From Paraspadella gotoi (Eukaryota; Animalia; Chaetognatha): a stretch of 64,000 nt of DNA. Below are positions 1-12,852 of this stretch, one piece after another. The notes beneath the pieces were generated by a model. It made no database searches, had not been told where the DNA came from, and saw only the letters and a list, made by a program, of their open reading frames with translations. Location of the stretch: assembly GCA_051294375.1 (NCBI GenBank), contig CM119267.1, positions 3,522,192 through 3,586,191 of the forward strand, given 5' to 3'. Numbering within the stretch: position 1 is the stretch's first letter; each line of letters opens with the position of its first letter. The position numbers and the translations under genes are program-made.

Positions 1-591
1 AGTCATTCAGTAACAAATATAAATTGCAAACTTCGTGGGCTAGGAATTAATAAGAATCAATAAATTGATAGTAAATTTTTTTTTTTTTTTTTTTGAAAAA
101 AAAAAAAAAAATTGATAGTAAATTAATAATGGTTATGAATTTTTTATCTGAGTAGACATAAGAGTGTCTTGATTTCAACCAATTGTATAAATGTATCATT
201 GATTGATTCAGACTTTTAAATTTATATTTTTATGGTTATCGGATAATAAAAAGAAATTTGATTTTAATAATTGTTCTAAATTTTTACAAAAGTTGTGTCA
301 GAATAGTACTTTGTATAATTACAAAGCTGACTAATTGCGTGAAGAAATGGTTTCTATGAAAGTAGCTCCACAGTCCTTTAGAAACAAAGAATTTTGCCAG
401 CTTAAGCAAGTACTACAGTAACATATGTAACCCAAACGTCGTTTTTACGTTATAGGGTCGCTTTGTCGTATTTGATACAATTGTGAAAAAAGTGATGACC
501 ATTTTGCACGCTAAAAAGACCTAAAAAATATTACGTACCTCGGTACTATTTGGTGACAAAATAAATATTAAATATTTAGCAAATTTGTAAG

Positions 592-840
592 ATGCGGCAG
601 TTATTATTTCTGAGATTTCTAAAGAGGATATAGGAAACCTGGAAAAACTTTCTTGGGATCGACTACAGATTGAAGGATTCGATCTGCCTGGGATGCAGAA
701 TGCAGATTTTATCTCAGTTCATCCTACAAATCGACCGGTGACCGACTTTTAATTTTATAAGCTTTTCTTTTTAAAAGGAATTTTTCTTGGTCGCAAACCT
801 TACAGAACCGGGAATTACAGTACACACGGACGTTATTTAA
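592..840 (+). other. possible terminal exons or relic of an unidentified gene
   Basis: Open stretch after an AG (DAAVIISEIS...HPTNRP), then a short gtgacc..aaag intron and EFFLVANLTEPGITVHTDVI-stop. Upstream exons do not join cleanly and no family is recognised. Confidence 0.25.
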
Positions 841-1201
841 AAATGATTCGAGGAACTCATTAAGTTACTTCGCCGAAGTCTTATTTGTAAATTTGTTGGG
901 CAACTTTTTTTGGTCACTTTTGACTCTATTTACGTATTGTCGCTATTCTTTTGCATTTCCAGAAAAAATATACGAAGTAAACATTCCCTGAAGCATAACT
1001 TTTGTCAGTATCTCGGAAATGTACATCGACCATGGCGCCCGTCCATGGGCTTGCCCCAGAGGATTAAACTGTCTTTCCTTCATTTTTTAATAAAAGCAGT
1101 GAAGAAAGTTCAATATTTTCAAATCACACAATTTGAATAACACATTAAGGGAGAAACTAGTAAAGTTTGAACCAATCACTTCCCTCTTTTACCCCGACGA
1201 A

Positions 1202-2155
1202 ATGGCCAAAGATATTTCGCTTCTTGTCGACGGCCTCTCTCCTCCCTTTCCCGATCCGGTGGCCATCACTGGTTTGGAGTTCGACCACGCCACCTTCCGT
1301 CCCATCACCAAACGCACCGTCGCCTACATCGTCGTGGGACTCGCCTTCGATGAAGACGATCGAGTCCTCATGATGCAGGAGGCCAAATCATCTTGTCGCG
1401 GATCCTGGTATCTCCCCGCCGGCCGGCTCGAGCTCGGCGAGACCCTCATCGAGGGAGTCCAGCGCGAGGTGCTTGAGGAGACGGGGCTGAGCTACGAGCC
1501 GGAGACGATCCTCTGCGTGGAGATGCAGGGTGCCGTTTGGCAGCGCGTCACATTTATCGGACGAGCGCCGACTGGGCGCCTCAAACCCACGGCTGACAAG
1601 GAGAGTCTTGACGCCCGATGGATGAAGTGGCCCGATCTCAAATCTAAACCCATTCGGTGCCAGGATATTTTCTCCCTCATCGAGTTGGGAATCGAGTACC
1701 GACGAAAAAAGGAGGTCAAGTTCGCGCCCGTCTTCCCGCTGCTCACTCCCGTCGCCAACCTCTTCCTTCGCCTCGTCGTTTATCGCGAGGAACCGCGGGA
1801 GGGCGCTCTCGATCCGGACGTCCTGATCATCGCCGACGACAACGACCGCCTACCCGCGCTCGGGATGGACGCCTTCACCCCGCGGATGCAGCGTTTCGTC
1901 ACCAAAGCCGTCAAACACCTGACCAACGACGGACTCAAGGAATTGAGTTGTCGCGGGCTCCTGGCGATCGAGCACTGCGGCAAGACGATCCGGGACGCGA
2001 AAGGTCTCGACGGCTCCAGCCACACTCTCATGTTGAAGGTGGTGGTCGCCGAGGAGGCCGGCTGCGCGGAAGGATTTCGTTGGACGATCTTGGACGAAGA
2101 ATTGCGGAAGGCGATCAAAGGCAGACAGATCTCTCCCGCCGTTATTTTTCTGTGA
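1202..2155 (+). CDS. NUDT18: Nudix hydrolase 18-like (8-oxo-dGDP phosphatase), intronless
   Basis: Perfect Nudix box GRLELGETLIEGVQREVLEETGL preceded by MQEAKSSCRGSWYLPAG, typical of NUDT18. First ATG is at 1202. Confidence 0.85.
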   Translation: MAKDISLLVDGLSPPFPDPVAITGLEFDHATFRPITKRTVAYIVVGLAFDEDDRVLMMQEAKSSCRGSWYLPAGRLELGETLIEGVQREVLEETGLSYEPETILCVEMQGAVWQRVTFIGRAPTGRLKPTADKESLDARWMKWPDLKSKPIRCQDIFSLIELGIEYRRKKEVKFAPVFPLLTPVANLFLRLVVYREEPREGALDPDVLIIADDNDRLPALGMDAFTPRMQRFVTKAVKHLTNDGLKELSCRGLLAIEHCGKTIRDAKGLDGSSHTLMLKVVVAEEAGCAEGFRWTILDEELRKAIKGRQISPAVIFL

Positions 2156-2652
2156 TTTTCTTTTTAATTTTTTTTTTTTACCGATAATGGTATCTCTCAA
2201 GATTTATTTATTTAAATGTCTAGTCTAGTCTCTTTTTTTTGTTTTTTTTTTGTTTACGGATATTCTATTATGTTTCTGTTGGGTGAATCAGAACTTATTT
2301 CTAAAACCTCGTTTTCACATCGTCGAAGATTAACATCTGTTTCTTTGTTCTTTATTTTCTTTTTTAATCTATCATTAGCTTGGTTCGCTAGATGAGATTG
2401 GAACTTTCCTGTGCAAATTTTATATTTTTTTGCTCTCGTGATTTCTTTTCGACGATGCGATTTACATCGGGTAATGCAGATTTTTAGTATTGCCAAATGT
2501 CTGTTGCTAGCAACTCGTTATGATGGTCGTCTGTAGTTTGAGATAAAAGATTTTTCTATACATTCATACCATAGTTTCATTATTTTTTTTTTTACAAATG
2601 TCGTGATTCGTATTTTTAAACCTCTCACCAGCCTTTAAGTAAATTGACAAAC

Positions 2653-4099
2653 ATGGCGGTACGCAGCCTCCTCGTGGGGAGTCGATGGCTAAGCAACACG
2701 CTATCTTCGACTCCTTCGTCCTTCCCTCTGTGTTCGCGGCTTTCCGCCTCCCCCCTTCCTCCCCTTTCGTCCTCTTCATCTCCCCCTCCCCCGTCGTCTT
2801 CCCTCGCGATTCGTTGCTCGTCCAGTTTTTCTTACGTCGCCGAGGAACCGCCGTCGCACATCGGCGGCGAAACGGAACGATTAAACTTATTTCAGGTTCG
2901 ACGACGAATCCTGGAATCCATTGCCGACTTGACATTCGTAAATCTGCTTTCTTAAATTCCTCGAACAGGCTCTCACATCGGCCATGGACATCGCGCTGGC
3001 CACGGACCCGACGGCGGTCGTCTTTGGCGAGGACGTGGGATTCGGCGGAGTCTTCCGAACGACCGTCGGATTGAGAGACAAATACGGAAAAGACAGGGTC
3101 TTCAACACCCCGCTCTGCGAACAAGGAATCGCCGGATTCGGCATCGGATTGGCCGTCGCCGGCGCCACCGCCATCGCGGGTATCGATAGATTAAAGAATT
3201 GGCGTTTTAGTATTCAAAATATACCGTTTGTATATTGTATATTGTTAGAAATATTTTCGTCTTCCCCCCTGTAGAGATTCAGTTCGCGGACTACATTTTC
3301 CCCGCGTTCGATCAGATCGTCAACGAAGCGTCAAAATATCGCTACCGGACGGGAAATCTCTTCGACTGCGGCCGCCTCACCATCCGCGCCCCCTGCAGTG
3401 CCGTCGGCCACGGCGCCCTCTATCACAGTCAAAGCCCCGAGGCCTTTTTCGCTCATATCCCGGGGATCAAAGTCGTTATTCCCCGGGGACCCATCAAGGC
3501 CAAAGGTCTTCTGCTCTCCTGCATTCGAGATGAAAACCCTTGCGTCTTCTTCGAGCCCAAGATCCTCTATCGATCCGCCGTCGAAAACGTTCCCACGGAA
3601 GATTACGTTTTGGATCTAGAGAAGGCGGACGTTCTAGTGGAGGGATCCGACGTCACACTAGTGGGTGAGACGTTTAGAGATGATTCATTTAGAGATGATT
3701 CATTTTCTACCCTTGTCACCACTCCCCTCCTAACCTCTTCTTTTAGGCTGGGGAACGCAGGTTCACGTTCTCCGCGAGGTGGCGGAGATGGCGCGCGAAG
3801 AGTTGAACGTCTCTTGCGAAGTCATCGACCTGGTGACGATTCTCCCGTGGGACGTCGACGCCGTCTGCGAATCGGTGGCCAAAACCGGGCGTCTCGTCGT
3901 CGCCCACGAGGCGCCAGTGACGGGCGGTTTCGGCGCCGAAGTCGCCGCCGCCGTTCAGGAAAACTGTTTTCTTAATCTGGAGGCGCCGGTTCAGCGGGTC
4001 TGCGGCTACGACACCCCCTTCCCTCACGTATTCGAACCCTGGTACATGCCGGATAAACACAGATGTTTGGTCGCCGTCAAGAAAGTTTTGAATTATTGA
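2653..4099 (+). CDS. BCKDHB: branched-chain 2-oxoacid dehydrogenase E1 beta subunit, mitochondrial (4 exons)
   Basis: [74 protein letters not shown]. Three GT-AG introns join in frame and the N-terminus is a Ser/Arg-rich presequence. Confidence 0.96.
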
Positions 4100-4841
4100 T
4101 TGAATTAAGTTTTTTTTTCTCTTACACCGTCATTCCGAGATGGTTTTCGATACTTTGGTTTTAATACAACTTTTATTGAGAATAGCACCCGTCCTACCCG
4201 TTCAACCACCTGTCCGTTTAATGAGCGGATATTTTAGGGTTATTCATCAAGAGTGTTCAGTGTTGTTTTCTCTTTAATCCGAAGAAATTGTATTCCTTTG
4301 GATTTAAAGAGAAAAATTAGTCTTTAACCGATTTTTCGCAATAGGTTAAGTGTGTTGCAGAAGCTTAATTACAAATAGTTTTTTTTCGTTATTTATTATT
4401 AAGTAGTTCTAACTTTTACGAAGTCTGAAAAAGCTAAAAAAAAAAAAATTTTTAACGCTTTTGGTTCTTGTCGAATATCGCATTAGTTTAAATTTATTCA
4501 TTTTTTTGGTAATATGAACGTATTGTATTATTGAGGAAGACATGATCTCTTAGCTCTAATTTAAGTTGTTTCGAAATAGACAATCGGGTCCTCCAATTTA
4601 AGAAATCCACCTTCTTTTCAAAGCAACCTGGCCTGGCTTTTCCATGCTTATTTTATTTCTGTAAAACATTTAAAGTATTTTGTTATTCAAGTCTTTTCTT
4701 TCAATGCAAACTCTTTTGATCCTTAAAGTCAAGCGCTATTAATTTTGAAAAGTTATAATTTGTAAGTTGTTATACCTAATTTCACGTGACTCTGGATTTT
4801 TCCAGTTTATACTAAGGGGTATCCAGCTACAAACATTAAAA

Positions 4842-5965
4842 ATGGACGCCTTGGGTCTTCCGCTGAAGGGCGGCGTCCACGAACTTAAAATCGGTTCTAG
4901 CTTCTCGACGAAGGAAGGAAATTCCAACAGCAACGCCTTTCACACTTTCTGCTACGACTTCAAGCCCGCTTCGATTGATCAGTCAAAACCCGCTAAAGTC
5001 TTGGTTAGTTTCTTGTAAAAAAAAATAGAGTTCAGTATCTCATCTGTATTACTCTTTCGTTTTCGTTTGCTAAATTGCGAATTCATGGTCCCTCTCAGGT
5101 TGGTGCCAAGGATGAAGTGACGGTTGTCATGCCGAACGTGGAAAAGTCTTCTCAACCCACGACCCACTTCCGTGGACACAAGCGCTCCTCCAGAAAACAG
5201 TGCGTATTGATTGTTGACCATACGACGGGAGAAATCACCCTCGAGAAATTGTCCGGCGACGTCGTTCTCAAATGCCAACGCTTGGACGGAACTTCGAAGG
5301 TAAAGAGCGTCAAACCCGCGGTGGCGGAAAAAGCTAACGGTTCCTCAATCGCCACGGCCGGTGCCTCCACAACAACCGTGGATTCCGCGCCGCCCAATCT
5401 TCCCTCCGCCGCCATCTCCAAAATGAAGAAACTCAAGAAGAACAAGAAGAGCGCCTCGACGAAATCCAACGGAGAAGCTAAGCCCTCCAAGGGCGCGCCT
5501 CTCCCGCGCTCAACGCACTCGCCGTCACCAACGCCTCCGCCCGCGCCATCACAGATTCCCCCGCCGACTCTTCCCAGCTCTTCGACGACTCTCCTTCCGC
5601 CCTCGGGCTCCTCGACGACTCTCCTTCCGCCCTCGGGCTCCTCGAAATCGTCGCCGTCGCTCCTCCGATTAAGCGGATCATCGTCGTCGTCCTCGTCGTC
5701 GTCTTCGGAGGAATCTAACGCCGAAGAATCGGACGTAGAGGCGGATCGAAAGAAATCCTCCGCCGAGATCGTCAAACCCGTCAAGACCGACGACGAGGAA
5801 GACGAGGATAATGAGGATAACAACGACAAAGGCAGCGACAGCGACGAAGACAGCGGCGACGATCGCCAAGCGGAATCGGCCGGCGTCGCCTCTCAACCCG
5901 GAACCGACTACAGCAGCTTGAGAGACGATCTTCAATTGAGCGAATCCGGAAGTGACAGCGATTAA
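4842..5965 (+). CDS. EAF: ELL-associated factor (EAF1/2 family), 2 exons
   Basis: EAF domain HELKIGSSF...AFHTFCYDFKPASID...FRGHKR..KQCVLIVDHTTGEITLEKL and the C-terminal signature LRDDLQLSESGSDSD. Confidence 0.92.
5578..5640 (+). repeat. 30-bp in-frame tandem duplication (SSTTLLPPSG x2) in EAF
   Basis: cgacgactctccttccgccctcgggctcct occurs twice in tandem. Confidence 0.85.
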
Positions 5966-6274
5966 GAGCCTCGATGCCTGATAGTAGTTACTAGTTGGTA
6001 ACTAGAAACTACGGAAAAATTACAGTAATATGCTGCAAATGTATTTATACAAGTTTTAATTTATACAAACGTCATTGTGGTACCATACATGGTGGCGGCT
6101 AGTGGCCTTATGGCAGTGAAATTCTTTGCAACTTGCCGAAATGATTAATCGGATTTACCTATTGGTTTTTGTTGTTACATACTTAGTACGAAGCTTTAAC
6201 AGAAAATCGTTGATCATGATTCCGAAGCGACTCGAACCCGGATAGATGAACTGGAATACGATCGGCTGCTGAAG

Positions 6275-9200
6275 ATGGCGTTTCGGGGTGCGGCGCATCT
6301 TTCTACGTCAACGGACAGCGCCGACTTCAAGTCTCAAAACTCGCGACTCGTGGCGCAGAATAAAAAACTCATCCGGCAGCTTGAGAGAATGACTCAAAGA
6401 ATTCCGCAACCTCGCCACTTTTCCGGTGACCTCGGGGATGACGACAACTCGTCCTCCTTTATCGCAGCCTCCAGTTCTGACGAGGATTTCGGCAACCGGC
6501 GAAAGAATTGCGTCTCGGACAGCGTCTTGCCTTCGTTCAGGGCCAAGAAATTACGTGCTAGGTCGGGAAAAGAGCAATGAGGAATCGTCCACATAAGAAA
6601 ATCATTTTTTTCAAAATGAAATTGAATTTCCTCCAGCAAACTCTCTTCCGTTTCGGAACCCCCGCTGGACGATCTCAGCTTCGAATTGGAGGAAGAGAAG
6701 CGACTTCGAACGATGGCGGAAAATCAGCGCGACGATGCGATGAGAAGCGTAGAGGAATTGAGGGAGAGTTTGAGCAAAACGAGGATTAAACTCAAGGTGT
6801 CGTGGATTAAATAAATTTATTAATTAAGGATTCAATAGTGAACCGTTTTTTCTTTTTCTACTTGTCTCGTCAGGAAAGCTCGCGAAGGTTTCTGGATGAA
6901 AATCAGAAGACGAATCTCGAGGTCGATGAACTCAAAGCTGATAACGCGGATCTGTTGACGAAACTCCGAGAGTCGGCGACGCAATTGGAGGTTTTGAACG
7001 CGGAGAACCAGAGCCTCATTGAAGAGCACCAACTTGTCGAGAGCAATATCGATGGAATAAATCTTCAGGAAGAGATTTGCAATTTGACGAGGGAGTTGGA
7101 GAAACGGACGAAATCTTTGGAAGAGCTGGAGAAGTCGTTGGAGGGAGAGAAGAAACTGTCGAGTCGACTTCAGATGGAGAAGGACGAATTGACGGATGAA
7201 ATTGAGCATTTGAAGACTCTGGACGGAATCGCCCGCGCGGACGCGATTCAAGAATCGTTTCATTCTTGCGGGTTACACAGCCTGTCGTCTCGCTTTCGTC
7301 AGGAGCTTTCGTCGAGCGAAATAGAGATCGGGTTGGCCAACTCTTTGCACAATGATGCGACGGATGAAAACTCCCTCGAGTTGGTCGGTCAGGTTATCTC
7401 TGAGGTTAACTTAATGAAGCAAAAGTCCAGGGACGGCGAACAAAAGCTCATAGAAATGCTGAAGGCCATCGACGCCTTGGAAAGTGAGAGAAACGAATTA
7501 GCGGCGAAATTGAAGGCGGCGGAAAACGAAAAGATGGACTCGAGTGAGGGAATAAAGGAAGTGGAGAGTAAACTGCGGAAGAGAGAGGAACAATTGCAGC
7601 AACTTTTGAAAGAGGTCGAAGTAAAAGGGGACGAAATCAACGACGTTTGCGTCGACAACGAGAAAAAACGGAAAGAGTTGGAGCAAATGAAAAATTCGCT
7701 GAATGGATGCAAGATTGATAACGACCGACTCAACGATGACTTGGCGAGAATTAAATTGGAAGCGATCGAAAAAGATAAAAGAGTTGCGAGTCTGGAAGAC
7801 ACCTTTGCCCAATCGACTTTTAAATGGCAGGGTCACATCAAATCACTCAACGAATCGGTGGAAAATTTGAAGCTTGAAAATCAAAACATGTCGCACAAAT
7901 TAGAGGTCAAAACTAGCGAATGTCTCTCCCTTCAAAAAAATTACTCGGTTTGCGGGGAGGATTTGGCGAATAAAGTTGCTTACTACAATAACCTCATCGT
8001 GGAAATGAGACAGAAAAAGGACGAAGTGGACGGAAAATTAAAGACCGCGCATGCGCAGATCGAAACGATCAACGAAGAACGTCGCAAGATGCTGGAAGAG
8101 ATCGAAGAACTGAAGCAGACTTGGGAGAACAAATTGGTCAAGCAAAGATCGGACATTCACAAGCTGACCAAACTTGTCAAAAGATATAAAGCGAAGGAGG
8201 AACAGATAAGTAAAATGTTTATCGAAAAGGAAGAAGAGAAAGAGAAAATGAAGGAAGATTTACGACTGAGCAATCAGAAGGTCGAGGACTTCGAGAACGC
8301 TTACGCCAGATTAGAAGCTCAACTCACGGAATCGGAAACAAAGTTCAACGAACTCAAAGACGATTCCGCTCAACGCGAATCGCTCTCAATGGATAAACTT
8401 CATAACGCAGAAGAGGAAGCGTCTCGTCTCACTCGAGAAAATCATCGCTTGAAAACGAGAATTAATGAACAGGAAACTGAGAAAGGAACGTTAGCACTCA
8501 CCAATGAGCAATTCCAGCGGAAAAGTGAAAAAGACTGCTCGGTCATTACGAAGAAGGATCAAGAAAACGCGCGAATCAATAAACTTTTAAACGAGGCCAA
8601 AGTGGTGTTGGGAAATCAAAGCGGGACGATATCTGCGCTCGAAGAAAAGGTCGTCGAATTGGATGCGCGTTTGAAGGAGGAAAAAGAAAAAATTGTGGAA
8701 AAAGAAAAACTGTTGGAAAGCAAAAGGAACGACAACGACAATTCCAACTCGACCGTCATTTCCTTGCAGAAAAAACTCGTAGAACTCGGCGAAGAATTGG
8801 CTTTGAAATCGTCCGAGTTTTCCAACAAAACCGTCGAATGTGAGAAAATAAGAAAGCAACTGCAAGAAAGCGAGGAAGAAGTAACGAGACTGGAAGGCGT
8901 CGTCGGCGATCAGAAACGGCAAATGCTCCAAAGAGCAGCTCAAGTCGCGCAGATGGACATGGCCGTCAAGGAGCACCGCAGCGATACCGACGTCGCCGTC
9001 ACCAAACTCGAAACGGCGTTGAATCAAAGTCTAGAAGATTTAAAGGCCAAAGTTGACGAGGTCGAATTGTTGGGTCAAGAATTGAAAGAAAAGGAGAAAC
9101 ACTGCAAGGACTTGAGGGACGCGGTTTCGCGTTACGAAGCCAACTCATTCGTTTTGAAGGATCGCGTCCACGAGCTGGAGCGGAAGTTCGAGGAGGACCG

Positions 9201-10434
9201 AAGGCTGATCGACGAGCTTCGCGGCGAAAAGAGCGGAATGGAGCTTAAACTGGGACTTTTAAAGGATCAGCTCAAAGAAAAACAAAATCAGTTGATGAGC
9301 AACAACCAAGATCTCCTCGTTTATCAGAACAACGTATCTTCCTTGGAAAATCAACTGAGCGACGCCGTGAAATTCCAGCGCGAAGCCTCGAGTGTCAGCG
9401 CGGAAAATCAGCGGCTGCGGATGCAAATCTCCGATTTGGAGGCGGAAAAATCGAGGGAAATTCGACGTCTTAACGCGACTCTGGATAAGAACCTGTTGGA
9501 GCGGGAGAGAGAGTCGAACCGCGTCAGAGAGGCGCACGACGCGGCGATGGCGGATCGCGACGTCGTCCTTAACTCTTTGAATCAGGAACTGGATCGATGC
9601 AGGGCGAGTCAGGCGGAGGCGGAGGAGAAGGCGATCGAAATGCAGAACCTCGTCGGCAAGATGAAGCAGGAACTTCATCAACGGATGGACGTAGTCAACG
9701 AGGCCAACGAGGCGCTTGTACTAAAGGATTGTCAAATCGCCAAGCTCGAAGGACGTTTGGCCTCTTTAGAGAGGATCTCCAAAATGACGGCACCATCATT
9801 CTCCGGTCCCGATAATAACTTTCTTCGCCTGGCCTCGTCCGTGGGCGTGACGCCATTGAACAATTCGCCGCGACGTGATTGGCCCTCGGGAGGGAATGGG
9901 CGGACCTCGCCGACCAACCATATGCCTTCTCCAGTTTTCTCTCCTCCACGTATTTCTCCGACTTTGATGCCTTCGCCTCCTTTGCCATCGTCGCTTCAAC
10001 TCGACAGCGCATTTTTACCGCGGCGTTCTTCTCCGGTCGACGGCGTCGCAAAGGCGTCGAAGGGCGCCGGCGAATCGTCGCACACGCCTCCACACTCGAC
10101 GGCCTCCGACATTGACATAAAGTTCAAGGGAGTCATCCAATATCTCAAGGAAAACGGGAAGTGTGACGACGAGTTGGAAGAAATCGGCAGGGATCTCAAG
10201 GAGACGCTGAAGAGAAGTTTGTCGCCGAAGAACAATTCGAAGCCGAATTCTGGCGACGACCCGGTCGGGAGGTCTTCTCTCGATTCTACCTTTAATTCCG
10301 TCGTCATGACAACGCAGATTGAATCTGCTGAGGAACAACTGAAGCAACTCGAAGCACAATTGAAAGCTAATGCGCTGAAACGAATGAACGTTGATTCTCA
10401 GATTAACGGATTGTTATCTTCTAAAAAGAAGTAA
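6275..10434 (+). CDS. large coiled-coil protein (about 1340 aa, 3 exons) with Pro/Ser-rich tail
   Basis: Exons at about 6275-6561, 6637-6796 and 6873-10434 join via GT-AG introns. Long E/K/L heptad-rich sequence. The frame is open upstream of 6275, so the true start is uncertain. Confidence 0.8.
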
Positions 10435-10844
10435 TCGTTTATCTTCATATATGTTGATGAGTCATTTGTTATTTTTAATCATAGACATTGTATTTTTTTA
10501 TAGTTTTTTTCTGGGGGAGGGTTTTAAGCAGATATTGTTAATATCGATCGGCACTAGATTGGATACCAACTTATAAGACAAATTACGTGGCTGAAAAAAT
10601 AAACGTAATAGGGATAAAAGTTGGAAAGTAATTGTCTTGGCGGAAGCAATCCTTATTGTTTGCTTAATTTTTTAGTTGTTAAAAAATGTTGATTTTTTAT
10701 TTATTTTTGACTGTTAAACGGTTAATTGGTTTCTTTACATATAATAAACCATTTTTTCTCTTAAAATACTCGGTTGTTTCTTTTTTTTTTACCGTTGACT
10801 AAAAAGTCAGTGTCAGTGATAGTTTTATCCTTTTTCGGGCAATC

Positions 10845-12572
10845 ATGGCAACTGATGGAACTGTTATAAAATTCAACAATGGCGTCTGTGCACCTCAGCT
10901 TGGAATTGGCACCTGGCAATCAAGCTCCGAATTAGTGGGAGCGGCGGTCAAAACGGCCATCGATTGTGGATACAGGCACATTGATTGCGCTTTCATTTAT
11001 CAGGTTGAATTTATTCTTTTTGCTCATTGGACGGTAGTGGGTAATGGGGTATTTATTCAAAAATAGCTTATTTTTACATTCGCCGACCGGGATTTTGCGG
11101 TCGGTTATTTGTTTTTCGCTTTTTATGTCATAAATTATGAGCGTTGTATAAAAAACTCATTACGCAAAATTAAAAAAAGGATATTGGTAAGGGTAGAAAA
11201 ACTTTTTATTATAAATTTCATTTCGAAAACTCTCTTAACCTTAACTACCCCTAACCCTAACCACCCCTAATCCTTAATCACCCTTAACCAAATTACTAAC
11301 CGATTAAAATAAAATAATTAAAATAAATTTAAAATAATTATTTAAACAAATAATACGAAATATGCGAAAATATATTTATTTCTATTAATTAAAAAAAATA
11401 TATATATTACTGCGCAAACTGAGATTCAACGTTCAAGGGAAAACAAAATACAACGGATTAACAAACCGACCATTGGTAGCTAAGGTTGGTTGCGGACGTC
11501 GAATAGTAAAGTTACCCATACTTTTTATGATTGCATGTCCTATTAGAATGAAGAAGTTATTGGATCGGCAATTCAAGAGAAAATAAATGAAGGAAAAGTA
11601 AAGAGGGAAGATCTTTTCGTTGTTACCAAATTGTGGTGCACATTTCATTCCAAGGAAAAAGTTCGAGAGGGATTCGAGGCCAGCCTGCGCGTAAGTTGTG
11701 CTTTCTGTTAGGCACCTCTTTAGTCGGGCTTCGTATTTTCTAACTATCGAAATATTGTCAAGGCTCTCAAATTGACCTATTTGGATTTGTACTTGATTCA
11801 TGCACCTTTTGGATTTGCTGAAGATACGGGGGAATTATTACCCAAGGATGAAAATGGTATCGTACGTTGATCGGACGTAGATTACGTTGAAACTTGGTTG
11901 GCAATGGAAGAATTGGTTAAGTCTGGTTTGTAATTAAAAATAATTATTAGTTTTGAAATTTGCTCATTAGAGAAAACTCTCATCCCTGATTTTTATCAGG
12001 CGTTGTCAGGTGCATTGGCTTATCCAATTTCAACGCCGCTCAAACGCAACGAATTCTTGATTGTTGCTCGATTTTGCCTGTCACTAATCAAGTTGAATGT
12101 CATCCGTTATTGAATAATGAGAAACTGCGCCTGTTCCACGAGAAAAAAGGTATATAGTACTACGTACTAGTCACGAAGGAAAGGTTTATTTATCGATTAC
12201 AAAATATGATATTTAATCCTTCCAGGAATAACCTTAACTGCATATAGTCCTCTTGGAAGTCCAGGATCCGACGCGAGATCCTTTAAAACGAATTTGCTTG
12301 AACACGACTTGGTCACTTCCCTCGCGACGAAATATTCCAAGTCTCCCGCGCAAGTTCTGATTCGCTTCGCGATTCAACGTGGGATCTTGGTCATTCCCAA
12401 ATCCACCAATGAGCGAAGGATCAGGGAAAATATCGACGTCTTCGATTTTGTTATTTCCGCGGAGGAAGTGGAGCAGCTGCTTGAGATGAATCTTCCGAAT
12501 GGTGAAGGAAGATTCCTCCGTTTCGAAACTTGGCGCCATCATAAGTTCTTTCCTTTTGATGACGAATTTTGA
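10845..12572 (+). CDS. aldo-keto reductase family 1 member (aldose/aldehyde reductase-like), 5 exons
   Basis: [55 protein letters not shown]. The D-Y-K-H catalytic tetrad is intact. Confidence 0.93.
11073..11510. mobile_element. probable non-autonomous element in AKR intron 1 carrying degenerate telomere-like (CCCTAA) repeats
   Basis: The intron is about 540 nt versus about 70 nt typical here. Imperfect inverted ends (tttacattcgccgaccg / cggacgtcgaatagtaaa) and an internal ttaacc/ccctaa array at 11235-11290. Confidence 0.4.
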
Positions 12573-12852
12573 AACTAACTATATACTATACGTATCTAGT
12601 TTGAACATTTTGTTTTACTCTACATAGATTGGAGATTATTAAGCACCAAAGGGCAAAAACTGACCAATTGCCTTTCAATCAGCACCAAATTTTACAATGG
12701 GATAATAATTAATTTTTGCGACTAATTTTTATTTTATGCTTATTATATTGGTTTTGAATTTTAATTCTCGGATCATTTTTTTTGGTTTTCGATTGCTTTA
12801 CCAAATTTATAAAGGCTAGTTTACATATTCCATTTACTCATCTACCTAATTT

